From a virus (taxonomy: Duplodnaviria > Caudoviricetes), in IMG/VR virus record IMGVR_UViG_3300025740_000004, positions 28,375-92,374 of that record: a stretch of DNA of 64,000 nt; one strand, 5' to 3'. The notes beneath the pieces were generated by a model. That model was not told where the DNA came from. It was given only the letters and a program-made list of their open reading frames with translations, and did no database searches. A program made the translations under genes and the position numbers. The stretch's first letter is position 1, and each line of letters begins with the position of its first letter. This document shows positions 1-8,979 of this stretch, in pieces.

Positions 1-144
1 AACTTTATGTTCCTTTATAAACAATTTCAGAAAAGTGTCATATATCAAAGGAACTTCAGATAACTTTCCTTGGAAATTATCTTCATTGAAAAATAATTTC
101 TTCTCTGCTATAATTTTAATCTGTTCAAATTCTTGATTGGTCAT
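1..144 (-). CDS. uvsY: UvsY-like recombination mediator, N-terminal part (runs off window)
   Basis: ATG at 144 with AAGGA RBS and TAAATA box at 165-170; translates MTNQEFEQIKIIAEKKLFFNEDNFQGKLSEVPLIYDTFLKLFIKEHKV, whose spacing resembles the T4 UvsY N-terminus. Not in the ORF track. Confidence 0.55.
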   Translation of the reverse strand, partial: MTNQEFEQIKIIAEKKLFFNEDNFQGKLSEVPLIYDTFLKLFIKEHKV

Positions 145-163
145 GTTTAAATTCCTTCTAGAG

Positions 164-622
164 TTATTTAGTTTGTTCAAGTTGTTGATCAAAAATTTGA
201 AGGAACTCATCTTGATTGGAAAAGTTTGAATTTAACACTTGATTCAAAACATTCAAAGATTTTAAGTTATGCTCAAATTCTGGTTTAGAGACGTTTTGAG
301 AGTGATCAAATTCTGAAGGAGACTTTCTAGGTAAAATTGATTTAGATCGATTACAAGGCTTCTTAGGCAGATTGTAGGTAACAGTTATTAGTCTCTTTAA
401 TGCATTAGCTTTTTCTTTAGAAAGATTAACTTTTATTATTTCAGTTTTAATTAAATTTTGTTCCTTTAGTGATAAAAACTCTGAAAATGAAAAATTTGAA
501 TAAAAATATCTATTACTGAAAGCATAATTAAAATGATGATAGTTATAGTTACATCCAACTTTTACTGAAATAATTTTATTAATATCAATTTGTCTTAAGA
601 CGAAAACATAATAATCATTTAT
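164..622 (-). CDS. Unannotated GIY-YIG-like ORF with non-canonical start (possibly ATA) or 5'-decayed
   Basis: Stop-free frame 637..164 (157 codons); YYVFVL..VKVG and EIIKVNLSKEKANALKRLI..YN resemble GIY-YIG motifs; AAGGA lies ~9 nt before ATA at 622. Confidence 0.55.
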   Translation of the reverse strand: MNDYYVFVLRQIDINKIISVKVGCNYNYHHFNYAFSNRYFYSNFSFSEFLSLKEQNLIKTEIIKVNLSKEKANALKRLITVTYNLPKKPCNRSKSILPRKSPSEFDHSQNVSKPEFEHNLKSLNVLNQVLNSNFSNQDEFLQIFDQQLEQTK

Positions 623-639
623 AGTGAAAAATTCCTTTT

Positions 640-1230
640 AAGTAATTATTCAACTTAAAAATTAACGAAAATGAAGAACTGGAAATCTGACTGTAAGGAA
701 GATTTTTAGTTCTTCGCGCAGCTTGATCAAAATTGTAGAAATATTTTTAAATAAAATTTTGATCAAAGAATCTATTTCCAGATTAATTTATTTTGTCTGA
801 ATCGACTGAAAGGAGATTCATGCGAGTCAACGAGCATTGTAGAAAATATTTAAATTTAAAAGTATTAAACTAATTTATTCCAAAATGATGATAATTTAAA
901 GTTATTATTCAATCTCCTGCGGAGAGAATTTTATTTTTCCACTGCGCTACAAAATAAAATTCATTTTAAACATTTCTTTAATTTAAATTCTTTTCTACAA
1001 AACATTTAAATTTATTTGTATTAAGAGAAAGTTTTATTTAAAGTAATTATTTCAATTTGTATATGTTTTGATCAATATCGCTCGATGCATCGCGATCTAA
1101 AGAGTTTGATTTAATTTTTGATTGAATAATTTTTTAGAAATTTATTTTTAGATACAGTTGCCCCTATTGTCCCCAAAATTTTCTTCAATTTTAATGTAAA
1201 GAAATTAGGAAAAATAGTAACATGCCCCTA
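640..1230. other. Non-coding hairpin/iteron-like cluster, candidate replication origin
   Basis: Inverted repeats at 673-715, 723-766, 798-820, 913-925 and 926-962; repeats AAGT(A/T)ATTATT(T)CAA at ~640, ~899 and ~1041; TGCCCCTA at ~1159 and ~1223. Confidence 0.45.
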
Positions 1231-1289
1231 GAACCAATTTTACAGTTTTCTCCAAAAAGAAATAGAGTTTTACAACATAATTTCTTTAA

Positions 1290-1500
1290 GAATTGCAACT
1301 AACGACATTCATCGAAAATTGATTCTTGTTGTGATACTCAGTTTCTTTAGTAACTTTATCTTCAATTTTTTAGTATGAAGCTTATTTCTTACCAGAGGTT
1401 CTTTTCCACGTTTTTGTTTCAGAAGTGGCGCCTCAGAGTATCACAACCATTCGATCCTTGCAGATCAAGAGATTCATTAAATTTCTTAACTTACTCTTTC
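1290..1500 (-). ncRNA. Candidate structured ncRNA
   Basis: Perfect 12-bp stem 1328-1339/1436-1447 enclosing two hairpin arms; directly downstream of stacked early-type and late promoters; no ORF follows on this strand. Confidence 0.45.
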
Positions 1501-1505
1501 AAATT

Positions 1506-1563
1506 TATTTATAGTATCTTCCAATCTTTAATCTTAGTTGTCAAGTATTTTTTAAATTTAATT
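1506..1563 (-). promoter_or_regulatory. Phage sigma70-type promoter overlapping T4 late box TATAAATA
   Basis: Reverse complement reads AATTAAATTTAAAAAATAC-TTGACA-actaagATTAAAgattg-GAAGAT-ac-TATAAATA. Confidence 0.7.
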
Positions 1564-2064
1564 TCAAACATATGAAAAATTTTCTTTTTTATTGATCCAT
1601 CTATGTAAAGTTGATTTTGGAATGTTTAGTTCTTTTGCAGCAATTCTTAAACTTTCGTAAATATTTCCACAAATTTTTACCATTTTACTTTTATGATTTC
1701 TTTTTCCAGACAAATTTAAAGCATTTTTGTAGTTAGGATTATTTTCACCAGAGTTATATTTTGAATTTTCTTCTCTAAGTTTTTCATATTGTTTTGGTGT
1801 AATTTTTTGTAGATTGTCTTTTTTAGAAAATGTCATTAAATGATATGCTAGAAATAAGTATTTTTCATTTTTGTAATGTTTATGTAAAAGATGGTGACAA
1901 ATATAATGTTCTTTTGCTGTTAATAAAACTAGATTTTCTTTAGAATTATTCCCACCCATGCATTTTGGAATGATATGATGCTTTTCAAAATAACCAAGTT
2001 TTCTAGATCTATTTTTTAATTTAGCTGATTTAATTATTTCGTTATATGCTTTCAAGTGATCCAT
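1564..2064 (-). CDS. HNH homing endonuclease with C-terminal HTH/NUMOD-like DNA-binding region
   Basis: EKHHIIPKCMGG..NLVLLTAKEHYICH motif; C-terminal YESLRIAAKELNIPKSTLHRW. Confidence 0.9.
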   Translation of the reverse strand: MDHLKAYNEIIKSAKLKNRSRKLGYFEKHHIIPKCMGGNNSKENLVLLTAKEHYICHHLLHKHYKNEKYLFLAYHLMTFSKKDNLQKITPKQYEKLREENSKYNSGENNPNYKNALNLSGKRNHKSKMVKICGNIYESLRIAAKELNIPKSTLHRWINKKENFSYV

Positions 2065-2108
2065 TAAAATTATTTATTACGAGAATTTCCAAAATCGATG
2101 AAAATAAT

Positions 2109-2156
2109 AATTAAATTTATAAAGTTCTTGACTATACAAATTAAAGATGGTAAGAT
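2109..2156 (+). promoter_or_regulatory. Phage sigma70-type promoter (family copy)
   Basis: AATTAAATTTATAAA..TTGACT-17 bp containing ATTAAAGAT-TAAGAT. Confidence 0.8.
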
Positions 2157-2177
2157 ACTATTAGTAGAGGTTAGAAC

Positions 2178-3938
2178 ATGTACATAGAATTTGAATATAT
2201 CATCGTCAAGAACTTTTTATCTTATGGGAATTCAGAAACAAAATTTAATTTTCAAACAGGATTATCTTTAGTTACTGCTGAAAATGGTTTAGGAAAAAGT
2301 ACAATTTTACTAGATGCGATTTCTTATTGTCTTTATGGAAAACCTTATAGACAAGTTAAGTTAAATGAATTGATCAATAGAAAGAATAAGAAAAATCTTT
2401 ATACAGAACTTTCTTTTAAAATTGATGGAAAAGATTCTTATAAAATTGTTAGAACACTTGCTCCACAAAAGTTATTCATATATAAAAATGGTTCTGATAA
2501 AGCTTTAGAATCAGCTTCTTCAAAACTATTAGATCAAGAAGAAATTACAAAGCTTCTGGGAATTGATTATGATTTGTTTAAACTTATCATAGCACTTGCA
2601 CCAAACACTAATCGTCCTTTCCTTTCTCTAGGCTTACCACAAAAGAGAGAGGTTATGGAATCGATTTTCTCTATCAAGGTCTTCGGAGAAATGTTGAAGA
2701 AAGCTAGAGCAAAATTAAATTCAATCAAAACTGACAAAACAATTTATCAAAGTTCTATAAAAAATGTAGAATCATTAATAATAACTTTAAAGAAACAAAT
2801 TGATGATACTGAAAATTCTATGAAAGACTTTGATGAAAAGAAGATTGAAGAAATTAATATTTTACAAACTAAGAAAGATGATATTCAAAATCAAATTTCA
2901 CAGATTAATTCTTCTTTAGAAACTTTAATAAAAGAGTTTTCCAAAATTTCTTTAGATGAACATGATTACTCCAAAGAACAGATTGAAGCTTCTGGAAATA
3001 TTAAGATTGAAGAAAACACTATTAAAGAAAAGAAATCTCAAATTAAATTTTTAGAAAAAGGTGGAAAGTGTCCTCTATGCTCTCATGATATTACAGAAGA
3101 ACATAAGACAGAAGAAATTCAAAAACTTAATAACATCATAACAAAATCAGAAACAAAAATTGAAACAAATAAGAAAAAACTTGTTAAGATAAATGAAAAA
3201 CAATCTGAACAAAGAAGAGTTAAAAAGATTTATGATGATTCTAAAAATGATATTCAAATAGCTAAAATAAAACTTTCAAATTTAGAAAAAACTTCTTTAG
3301 ACTTAGATAAACAAATTGAAAATGTAAAATCTAGAGAATTGAAAATAGATCTTACAAATATTAAAGAAGAATATTCAAATAAAATTGAAACATATAAAGA
3401 AGATGTTAAAAAACTTACTACTTTAAATAATGATCAAAAGAATTATGAAATTGTTTCTAAGATGCTTTCAGAAGATGGTATTAAATCTTTCTTCTTCAGA
3501 ATGCTCGTTCCAATTTTAAATAATAAGATTAATGAATATTTAAATATTTTCGATCTTCCTGTTGCAATTTCTTTTGATGAAACAATGCAAGAAACAATTT
3601 CAATCATAGGCTCTTCTGATAAAGATGTTTCCTATAATAGTTTTTCTGAAGGTGAAAAGAAAAGAATAGATATTGCAATTTTACTTTCTTTCATAAGCAC
3701 TACAAAAACAATCTCAAACTGGAATTGTAATCTTTTAACATTCGATGAAATTTTAGATAGTGCTACAGATCTAAATGGATTGGAAAAAATGTTATCATCT
3801 ATAAAACAACTAACTTTAAATGATAATCAACTATGCTCTTATGTAATTTCCCATAGAGATAGTTTCCAAGACATCTATTCGAGAATCATTAAAATCAAAA
3901 AGACAAACGGATTCTCAAAAATCGAGATTGATAAATAA
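2178..3938 (+). CDS. 46: gp46 Rad50/SbcC-like recombination ATPase
   Basis: KNFLSYGN, Walker A NGLGKST, zinc hook CPLC, signature FSEGEK, Walker B/D-loop FDEILDS, ISH. Confidence 0.95.
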   Translation: MYIEFEYIIVKNFLSYGNSETKFNFQTGLSLVTAENGLGKSTILLDAISYCLYGKPYRQVKLNELINRKNKKNLYTELSFKIDGKDSYKIVRTLAPQKLFIYKNGSDKALESASSKLLDQEEITKLLGIDYDLFKLIIALAPNTNRPFLSLGLPQKREVMESIFSIKVFGEMLKKARAKLNSIKTDKTIYQSSIKNVESLIITLKKQIDDTENSMKDFDEKKIEEINILQTKKDDIQNQISQINSSLETLIKEFSKISLDEHDYSKEQIEASGNIKIEENTIKEKKSQIKFLEKGGKCPLCSHDITEEHKTEEIQKLNNIITKSETKIETNKKKLVKINEKQSEQRRVKKIYDDSKNDIQIAKIKLSNLEKTSLDLDKQIENVKSRELKIDLTNIKEEYSNKIETYKEDVKKLTTLNNDQKNYEIVSKMLSEDGIKSFFFRMLVPILNNKINEYLNIFDLPVAISFDETMQETISIIGSSDKDVSYNSFSEGEKKRIDIAILLSFISTTKTISNWNCNLLTFDEILDSATDLNGLEKMLSSIKQLTLNDNQLCSYVISHRDSFQDIYSRIIKIKKTNGFSKIEIDK

Positions 3939-3961
3939 GTATAGAAAAGAGGAACAAATGT

Positions 3962-4390
3962 ATGGTAACCAAAAGAAAAAAGAAAGCTGGATATTTTAAT
4001 AATGAAGAAATGTTAGATCTGTTTATAGAAAGAAATAGACTAAGAGAAATTTCTGAAAAAACTAAAGAAGAAAATTTACAACTTAAGAAAATAGAAAATA
4101 AGATCGGAATTCTATTTTTTAAAATCTCCGAAGGAATGTTACATAGACCAAATTTTTGTAACTATGATTCAGCAACAAAAGCAGAAATGATATCAGATGC
4201 TGTTTATAATTGTCTAAGAGCAGGTGAAAGATATGACGTAAGCTTTAAAAATCCTTTTGGATACTTTTCTCAAATATCTTGGAATGCATTTATCCTCAAT
4301 ATCAAATCTATGAAAAAACGAACAGGAATAATGGTAAATATCTCACATGTAGAAAATCTTGATGGTTGTGATGATACTATTGGAGATTAA
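3962..4390 (+). CDS. 55: gp55 late-transcription sigma factor
   Basis: YFNNEEM, RPNFCNY..EMISDA, NPFGYFSQISWNAF are typical gp55 motifs. Confidence 0.9.
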   Translation: MVTKRKKKAGYFNNEEMLDLFIERNRLREISEKTKEENLQLKKIENKIGILFFKISEGMLHRPNFCNYDSATKAEMISDAVYNCLRAGERYDVSFKNPFGYFSQISWNAFILNIKSMKKRTGIMVNISHVENLDGCDDTIGD

Positions 4391-4393
4391 GAA

Positions 4394-5431
4394 ATGAATG
4401 TTGCTATATTTAACGATCTTCATTTTGGTATTAAAAGAGGTTCTGAAATTTTTCTACAATCTCAATTAAAGTTTATTAGGAATCAATTTATACCAGAATT
4501 AATTGAAAGAAAAATTGATACTATAATTATTCCAGGTGATTTTTTTGATAATAGAATTGCGTTAGATAATAAAATTTTAACACATATTTTAGATCTTTTT
4601 GATAATGAATTTAAAAACTTTAATATTCATATTCTTGTAGGAAATCATGATTCATATTTAAAAAGTTCTATTCATATTAATTCTTTAAGAGTATTTGAAT
4701 TTTATAAGAATGTAAAAATCTATGAAAAAAATGAATCTATAACTTTAGGAAATAGAAAAATCTTTATGTGTCCTTGGATTACTGATAATAAAGTTTTCTT
4801 AGAAGAATTAGAAACTTTAGAAAATCATGATGTTTGTTTTGGACATTTTAACTTTTCAAATTTTCTAATGCATAAAGATCAAGAATCAGATCATGGACTT
4901 TCTCCAGAACTTTTCTACAAAAAATTTAAGAAAACAATCTCAGGACACTTTCATACAAGATCTTCTAAAAAGGTTGGAGAGTCTGAAATCATATATCCAG
5001 GAAATCCATTTCATTTTACTAGAAGCGATATAGATGATGAACGAGGATATTCTATACTAAACTTAGATACCCTTGATTTAGAATTTATAGAAAATAGAGA
5101 ATCTATAAAGTTTGTAAAGTATTATTATCCACAACAATTAGAAGAAAAAGATATTCGAAATAATCATGTAGATATATATGTAAAGTTAGATCAAAATCTA
5201 AACGAACAAGAAGTAGATGCTTATTTCGAAAGGCTTGAGAAATTTGAACCAGCATTTCCTTTGAATAAGAAGACCATAAATATGTTAAATGGTGATTCTC
5301 CTGTAGAAATGTCTGCTACTTCAGGTAGAGAATTAATTGAACAATATGTATTACAGCAGTCTATTGAGAATAAATCAGATATTTTAAAACTTTTATTTGA
5401 ACTCCATGATGATTGTAAGAACGCTTTTTGA
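4394..5431 (+). CDS. 47: gp47 Mre11/SbcD-like nuclease
   Basis: DLHFG, GDFFDNR, GNHD and SGHFH metallophosphoesterase motifs. Confidence 0.95.
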   Translation: MNVAIFNDLHFGIKRGSEIFLQSQLKFIRNQFIPELIERKIDTIIIPGDFFDNRIALDNKILTHILDLFDNEFKNFNIHILVGNHDSYLKSSIHINSLRVFEFYKNVKIYEKNESITLGNRKIFMCPWITDNKVFLEELETLENHDVCFGHFNFSNFLMHKDQESDHGLSPELFYKKFKKTISGHFHTRSSKKVGESEIIYPGNPFHFTRSDIDDERGYSILNLDTLDLEFIENRESIKFVKYYYPQQLEEKDIRNNHVDIYVKLDQNLNEQEVDAYFERLEKFEPAFPLNKKTINMLNGDSPVEMSATSGRELIEQYVLQQSIENKSDILKLLFELHDDCKNAF

Positions 5432-5440
5432 GGTGAATTT

Positions 5441-5626
5441 ATGGGAAAGTATCCAGTAAAGACAGAAGAAGATATAGAGAAAAAAGAATTTGCTAATATG
5501 GTTGCTTCTAAATTGATTGAAAATATTCAAAAAATTGCTAAAGAAAAAAACTTAAATGAAGCAAAAGATTTTAGGAAAATAATGAGAATACTTAAAAAAG
5601 AGGAAAAGTTGAATGAACCTAAATGA
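5441..5626 (+). CDS. Hypothetical protein
   Basis: GAGGT RBS; tightly packed in the operon. Confidence 0.6.
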   Translation: MGKYPVKTEEDIEKKEFANMVASKLIENIQKIAKEKNLNEAKDFRKIMRILKKEEKLNEPK

Positions 5627-6815
5627 TTATAAAAAATCTATAGATGAAATTAAAGATCAAAAAGTTGAAGTAGTAAGATCACAAAATACTTCTAATTATG
5701 TTTCTGTAAAAAAGAATATTTTATTGTCTTATGTATCTGATGCAACTGGTTGTGGACATATTAGAAATATTTTTCCTATGACATATCTTAATGCTATTTT
5801 TGGAAAAGAACAACAAGTTATGCCAATTATTTCACCAATCTTTATTTGGCAAGAAGATATCCTAGCAAGAACTAAATCAATTCTATTCCAAAGACAAATG
5901 GCTCCAGAACATTATAATCTAATCCTAAGATATAAAGAACTCCAACCAAAATATGGATTCAAAATGGTTTATGATATAGATGATTTTATTTGGGGACATA
6001 ATGAGAAACAAGGTGGAGATAAAGAAGATGGCGTTCCTTCTTATAACTTTGGATGGCATGGAATTACAGAACCAGTTAAAAAGTATTCTGTAGAAATTAT
6101 GAAACTTATGGACAAGATTACTGTAACAAGCGAATATCTTAGATTTTATATTAATAAAGTTCTTGATGTAAATGTTCCAGTAGAAATTGTTCCAAATGCT
6201 ATTCCTATGTACTTTTGGGGAAATACTAAAAGAAAACAAATTAAGAAACCTATCACAAAACCAAGAATAGTTTATACAGGTTCACCAACACATTACTCAA
6301 ACCAAGAAAGACTTTTAGGAGATTTTGAAAATGCATTTAAAGAATTTATTATTAAAAACGTACTTGAAAATAAAATTGAATTTGTTGTTATGGGGGATTG
6401 TCCTTGGTTTTTCGAAGGAATCAAAGACAAAATTCAAGTAATAGGTTGGTTAAATTCTTATCAATATCATCTTGGTGTAAAAGCTATTAATGCAGATTTT
6501 GCTATCGGACCTCTTGTAAGAAACAATTTCAATTACTCTAAATCTTATATCAAATATCAAGAAATGTGTGCAATTGGCGTTCCATTTATAGGATCAGTAT
6601 TTACAAATGGAAAACCTTCTCCTTATGATATTTGTGAATTAAAAGTTACTGATAATTGTAAAGTAGAAGACATAGAAAAAATAGTATTCAATCTTTCTAA
6701 TAATATAGATGAATATAATAATGTCATGAAGAAACAATATGACTGGATGGATCGTTCTGGAGGATATCTAGAATCTCCAAAATATGTTCAAATGCTTTTA
6801 GATAATTACTTCTAA
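5613..6815 (+). CDS. GT-B fold glycosyltransferase
   Basis: GCGHIR..P, FQRQ, YDIDD, VPNAIP, ADFAIGPL..NNFNYSKSYIKYQE. Confidence 0.75.
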   Translation: MNLNDYKKSIDEIKDQKVEVVRSQNTSNYVSVKKNILLSYVSDATGCGHIRNIFPMTYLNAIFGKEQQVMPIISPIFIWQEDILARTKSILFQRQMAPEHYNLILRYKELQPKYGFKMVYDIDDFIWGHNEKQGGDKEDGVPSYNFGWHGITEPVKKYSVEIMKLMDKITVTSEYLRFYINKVLDVNVPVEIVPNAIPMYFWGNTKRKQIKKPITKPRIVYTGSPTHYSNQERLLGDFENAFKEFIIKNVLENKIEFVVMGDCPWFFEGIKDKIQVIGWLNSYQYHLGVKAINADFAIGPLVRNNFNYSKSYIKYQEMCAIGVPFIGSVFTNGKPSPYDICELKVTDNCKVEDIEKIVFNLSNNIDEYNNVMKKQYDWMDRSGGYLESPKYVQMLLDNYF

Positions 6816-6827
6816 GAGATAGATTCT

Positions 6828-6863
6828 AAAAGGTTGTGAGATTAATTTTTCACAACCTCTTTT
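6828..6863 (+). terminator. Intrinsic terminator
   Basis: AGGTTGTGAG/TTCACAACCT stem followed by T-rich tail. Confidence 0.65.
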
Positions 6864-6879
6864 CAAAAAGGAATTTAAA

Positions 6880-7278
6880 ATGGCTAGAAAAAAGAAAGAA
6901 CAATATCCAATCGGTCTATGTGGAACATTTTTTTCTACAAAATTTTTGGAAGAATTGAAAGAAGAAGTTTTAGAAGAAGTTAATGATAAAATTGAATTGA
7001 AAGATTTTTATAGTGAATTCATAGGAGCATTTGATTTTAAAGATTATGAACATGTTAAAAACTTTGTTATGATCCATTCTAAAAATGTAAAATTCTATGA
7101 TAATGAAGAAATTGAAGATGGTTATTTCATAGGCGTAAATATTTTTGATGTGCCTGAACATTTCTCTATGAAAAGAATTAAAATAGATGTTAGAAATGTT
7201 ATGGAACAAATAGGTTTAATTTATCATGATGAAGATCCAGAAACTATTCAAATCATTCCTCAAATTATCTCAATCTAA
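6880..7278 (+). CDS. Hypothetical protein
   Basis: AAGGA RBS; 132 aa. Confidence 0.75.
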   Translation: MARKKKEQYPIGLCGTFFSTKFLEELKEEVLEEVNDKIELKDFYSEFIGAFDFKDYEHVKNFVMIHSKNVKFYDNEEIEDGYFIGVNIFDVPEHFSMKRIKIDVRNVMEQIGLIYHDEDPETIQIIPQIISI

Positions 7279-8021
7279 TGATTAGACTTTTTAAAAATGA
7301 TTGTCTTAAAGAAATGGAAAATATAGAAGATAAATCTATTGATATGATTCTTTGTGATCTTCCTTATGGGACTACAAACTGTTCCTGGGATATAATAATT
7401 CCTTTTAATAAATTATGGGAACATTATAATAGAATAATTAAAGATCATCATGCTATTGTTTTATTTGGCAGTGAACCTTTTTCTTCAAATCTTAGAGTTA
7501 GTAATATAAAAAACTATAAATATGATTGGATTTGGGATAAGAAAAAACCAAGCAATTTTCCTTTAGCAAAAATTCAACCAATGAAATATCATGAAAATAT
7601 ATCCGTGTTTAATTCTAAAATTTATTATCCAATTATGGTGAAAGTTCCAGGAAGACATGCTAAAAAAGGAAAGAATGAAACTCCAGAAATTTTTAATGGA
7701 GGACTTTCTGATAAAAAATATTTAGAAAAAATATATACTGATAAATATCCTTCTACAATTTTGGAATTTAGTAATGCTGATCAAACAAATAGATTTCATC
7801 CGACACAAAAACCAGTAGAACTTTTAGAATATCTTATAAAAACTTATACCAAAGAGAATGAAACAATATTAGATAATTGTATGGGATCTGGCTCTACTGG
7901 AATTGCTTGCCTTAATACAAATAGAAATTTTATCGGTATAGAAAATGATGAAAAATATTTTGATATAGCTTGTAATAGGATTTATAAACATGAAAAAAAT
8001 ATTAAACTTATCGAAATCTAA
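7278..8021 (+). CDS. N6-adenine/N4-cytosine DNA methyltransferase (beta class)
   Basis: DLPYG, HPTQKP and LDNCMGSGST motifs. Confidence 0.92.
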   Translation: MIRLFKNDCLKEMENIEDKSIDMILCDLPYGTTNCSWDIIIPFNKLWEHYNRIIKDHHAIVLFGSEPFSSNLRVSNIKNYKYDWIWDKKKPSNFPLAKIQPMKYHENISVFNSKIYYPIMVKVPGRHAKKGKNETPEIFNGGLSDKKYLEKIYTDKYPSTILEFSNADQTNRFHPTQKPVELLEYLIKTYTKENETILDNCMGSGSTGIACLNTNRNFIGIENDEKYFDIACNRIYKHEKNIKLIEI

Positions 8022-8268
8022 ATTAGAATTTGTTTTGAAATATGTTTGGTCATATCTTTCTGCTAAATTTGGGCCAAGAACAGATTTCAAAACTTATCTA
8101 GAAAGATTGAATAAATGCAATGATTGTAAATGGAAAATTGAAAAAGAAAATTTAGCATATTGTAAAAGTTGTTTTTGTCCCACCTCAAAAGCGTTTCCTG
8201 ACAGTATATTATGGAATAAATGCAGAATGAAAAACTCAAAATGTCCGATGAAACTTTGGAATAAATAA
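7990..8268 (+). CDS. Small Cys-rich protein
   Basis: CxxC, CxxCxC and CPxxxW motifs. Confidence 0.7.
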   Translation: MKKILNLSKSKLEFVLKYVWSYLSAKFGPRTDFKTYLERLNKCNDCKWKIEKENLAYCKSCFCPTSKAFPDSILWNKCRMKNSKCPMKLWNK

Positions 8269-8286
8269 TTATAAAAGAGGATTATT

Positions 8287-8922
8287 ATGAAAACTTCTGA
8301 AATACAAAAAGATATTGTTAACATTTCTAAAGATCATATGAAGAAGAAAATGAAAGCTATTCATATTGGAGATCTTCTGGATGGATTACTTAAAAAATAT
8401 GGGATTAAAAGATTTGAAGATGAGGGTTCTGATTTTAAAGATCGATTTTCTGATATTATTGATTCTATGAAAAAATCTGAAATTATTAAAGAAGTTCCAA
8501 TAGGATATATTGTTGTTATTCCTGGTGGTGAAAAACTTATAAAAGAATCTAGAACATTTTCAGAACATTTAAAATTTTTGGTTGAAGGAAAATTAAACGA
8601 AGCTACTAATGATTTTTCAGATACAGCTTTTGACGAACTTAAGAAAATGAATTTTAAGTTTAACGGTAGTAAAGGAGTTTTTTCTAAAGATGTTTTTGCA
8701 GATTCTAAAATTTCAAAAATTCTTGTAATAGCTCCTACAGACGATGAAGATGAAGTTGAACTAAAAATTTATAATTATAAGCTAGATGAAGATAATCTAT
8801 ACTTAGAAGGGTATACAATCCCAACATCCAAACTTTCTAATATAAGTAAAATTGTAACATCTTTAGAAAAATTTGCAGATGAAGAAACTAAATTTCTTAA
8901 AGTCTGGGGAAGTAGGTTTTAA
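8287..8922 (+). CDS. Late protein with internal capsid-targeting-like segment
   Basis: ATAAATA box at ~8261; internal IKES-RTFSEHLKFLVEGKLNEA. Confidence 0.75.
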   Translation: MKTSEIQKDIVNISKDHMKKKMKAIHIGDLLDGLLKKYGIKRFEDEGSDFKDRFSDIIDSMKKSEIIKEVPIGYIVVIPGGEKLIKESRTFSEHLKFLVEGKLNEATNDFSDTAFDELKKMNFKFNGSKGVFSKDVFADSKISKILVIAPTDDEDEVELKIYNYKLDEDNLYLEGYTIPTSKLSNISKIVTSLEKFADEETKFLKVWGSRF

Positions 8923-8979
8923 TATGAGTACATTTTCAGAACATTTAAAATTTTTAGTTGAAGGGAAATTAAACGAAGC
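8554..8979 (+). repeat. 50-bp direct repeat (8554-8603 / 8930-8979) encoding TFSEHLKFLVEGKLNEA
   Basis: 48/50 identity read directly from the sequence. Confidence 0.95.

Noticed and set aside
1375-1575. 66-aa plus-strand ORF
   Set aside because: No RBS; lies antisense across the promoter and structured-RNA candidate; composition is not protein-like.
640-2064. Group I intron or HEARO/IscB system formed by the HNH plus downstream structure
   Set aside because: No recognisable P7/catalytic core or flanking exons; the HNH lacks IscB RuvC/PLMP parts; the structured region has its own promoter.
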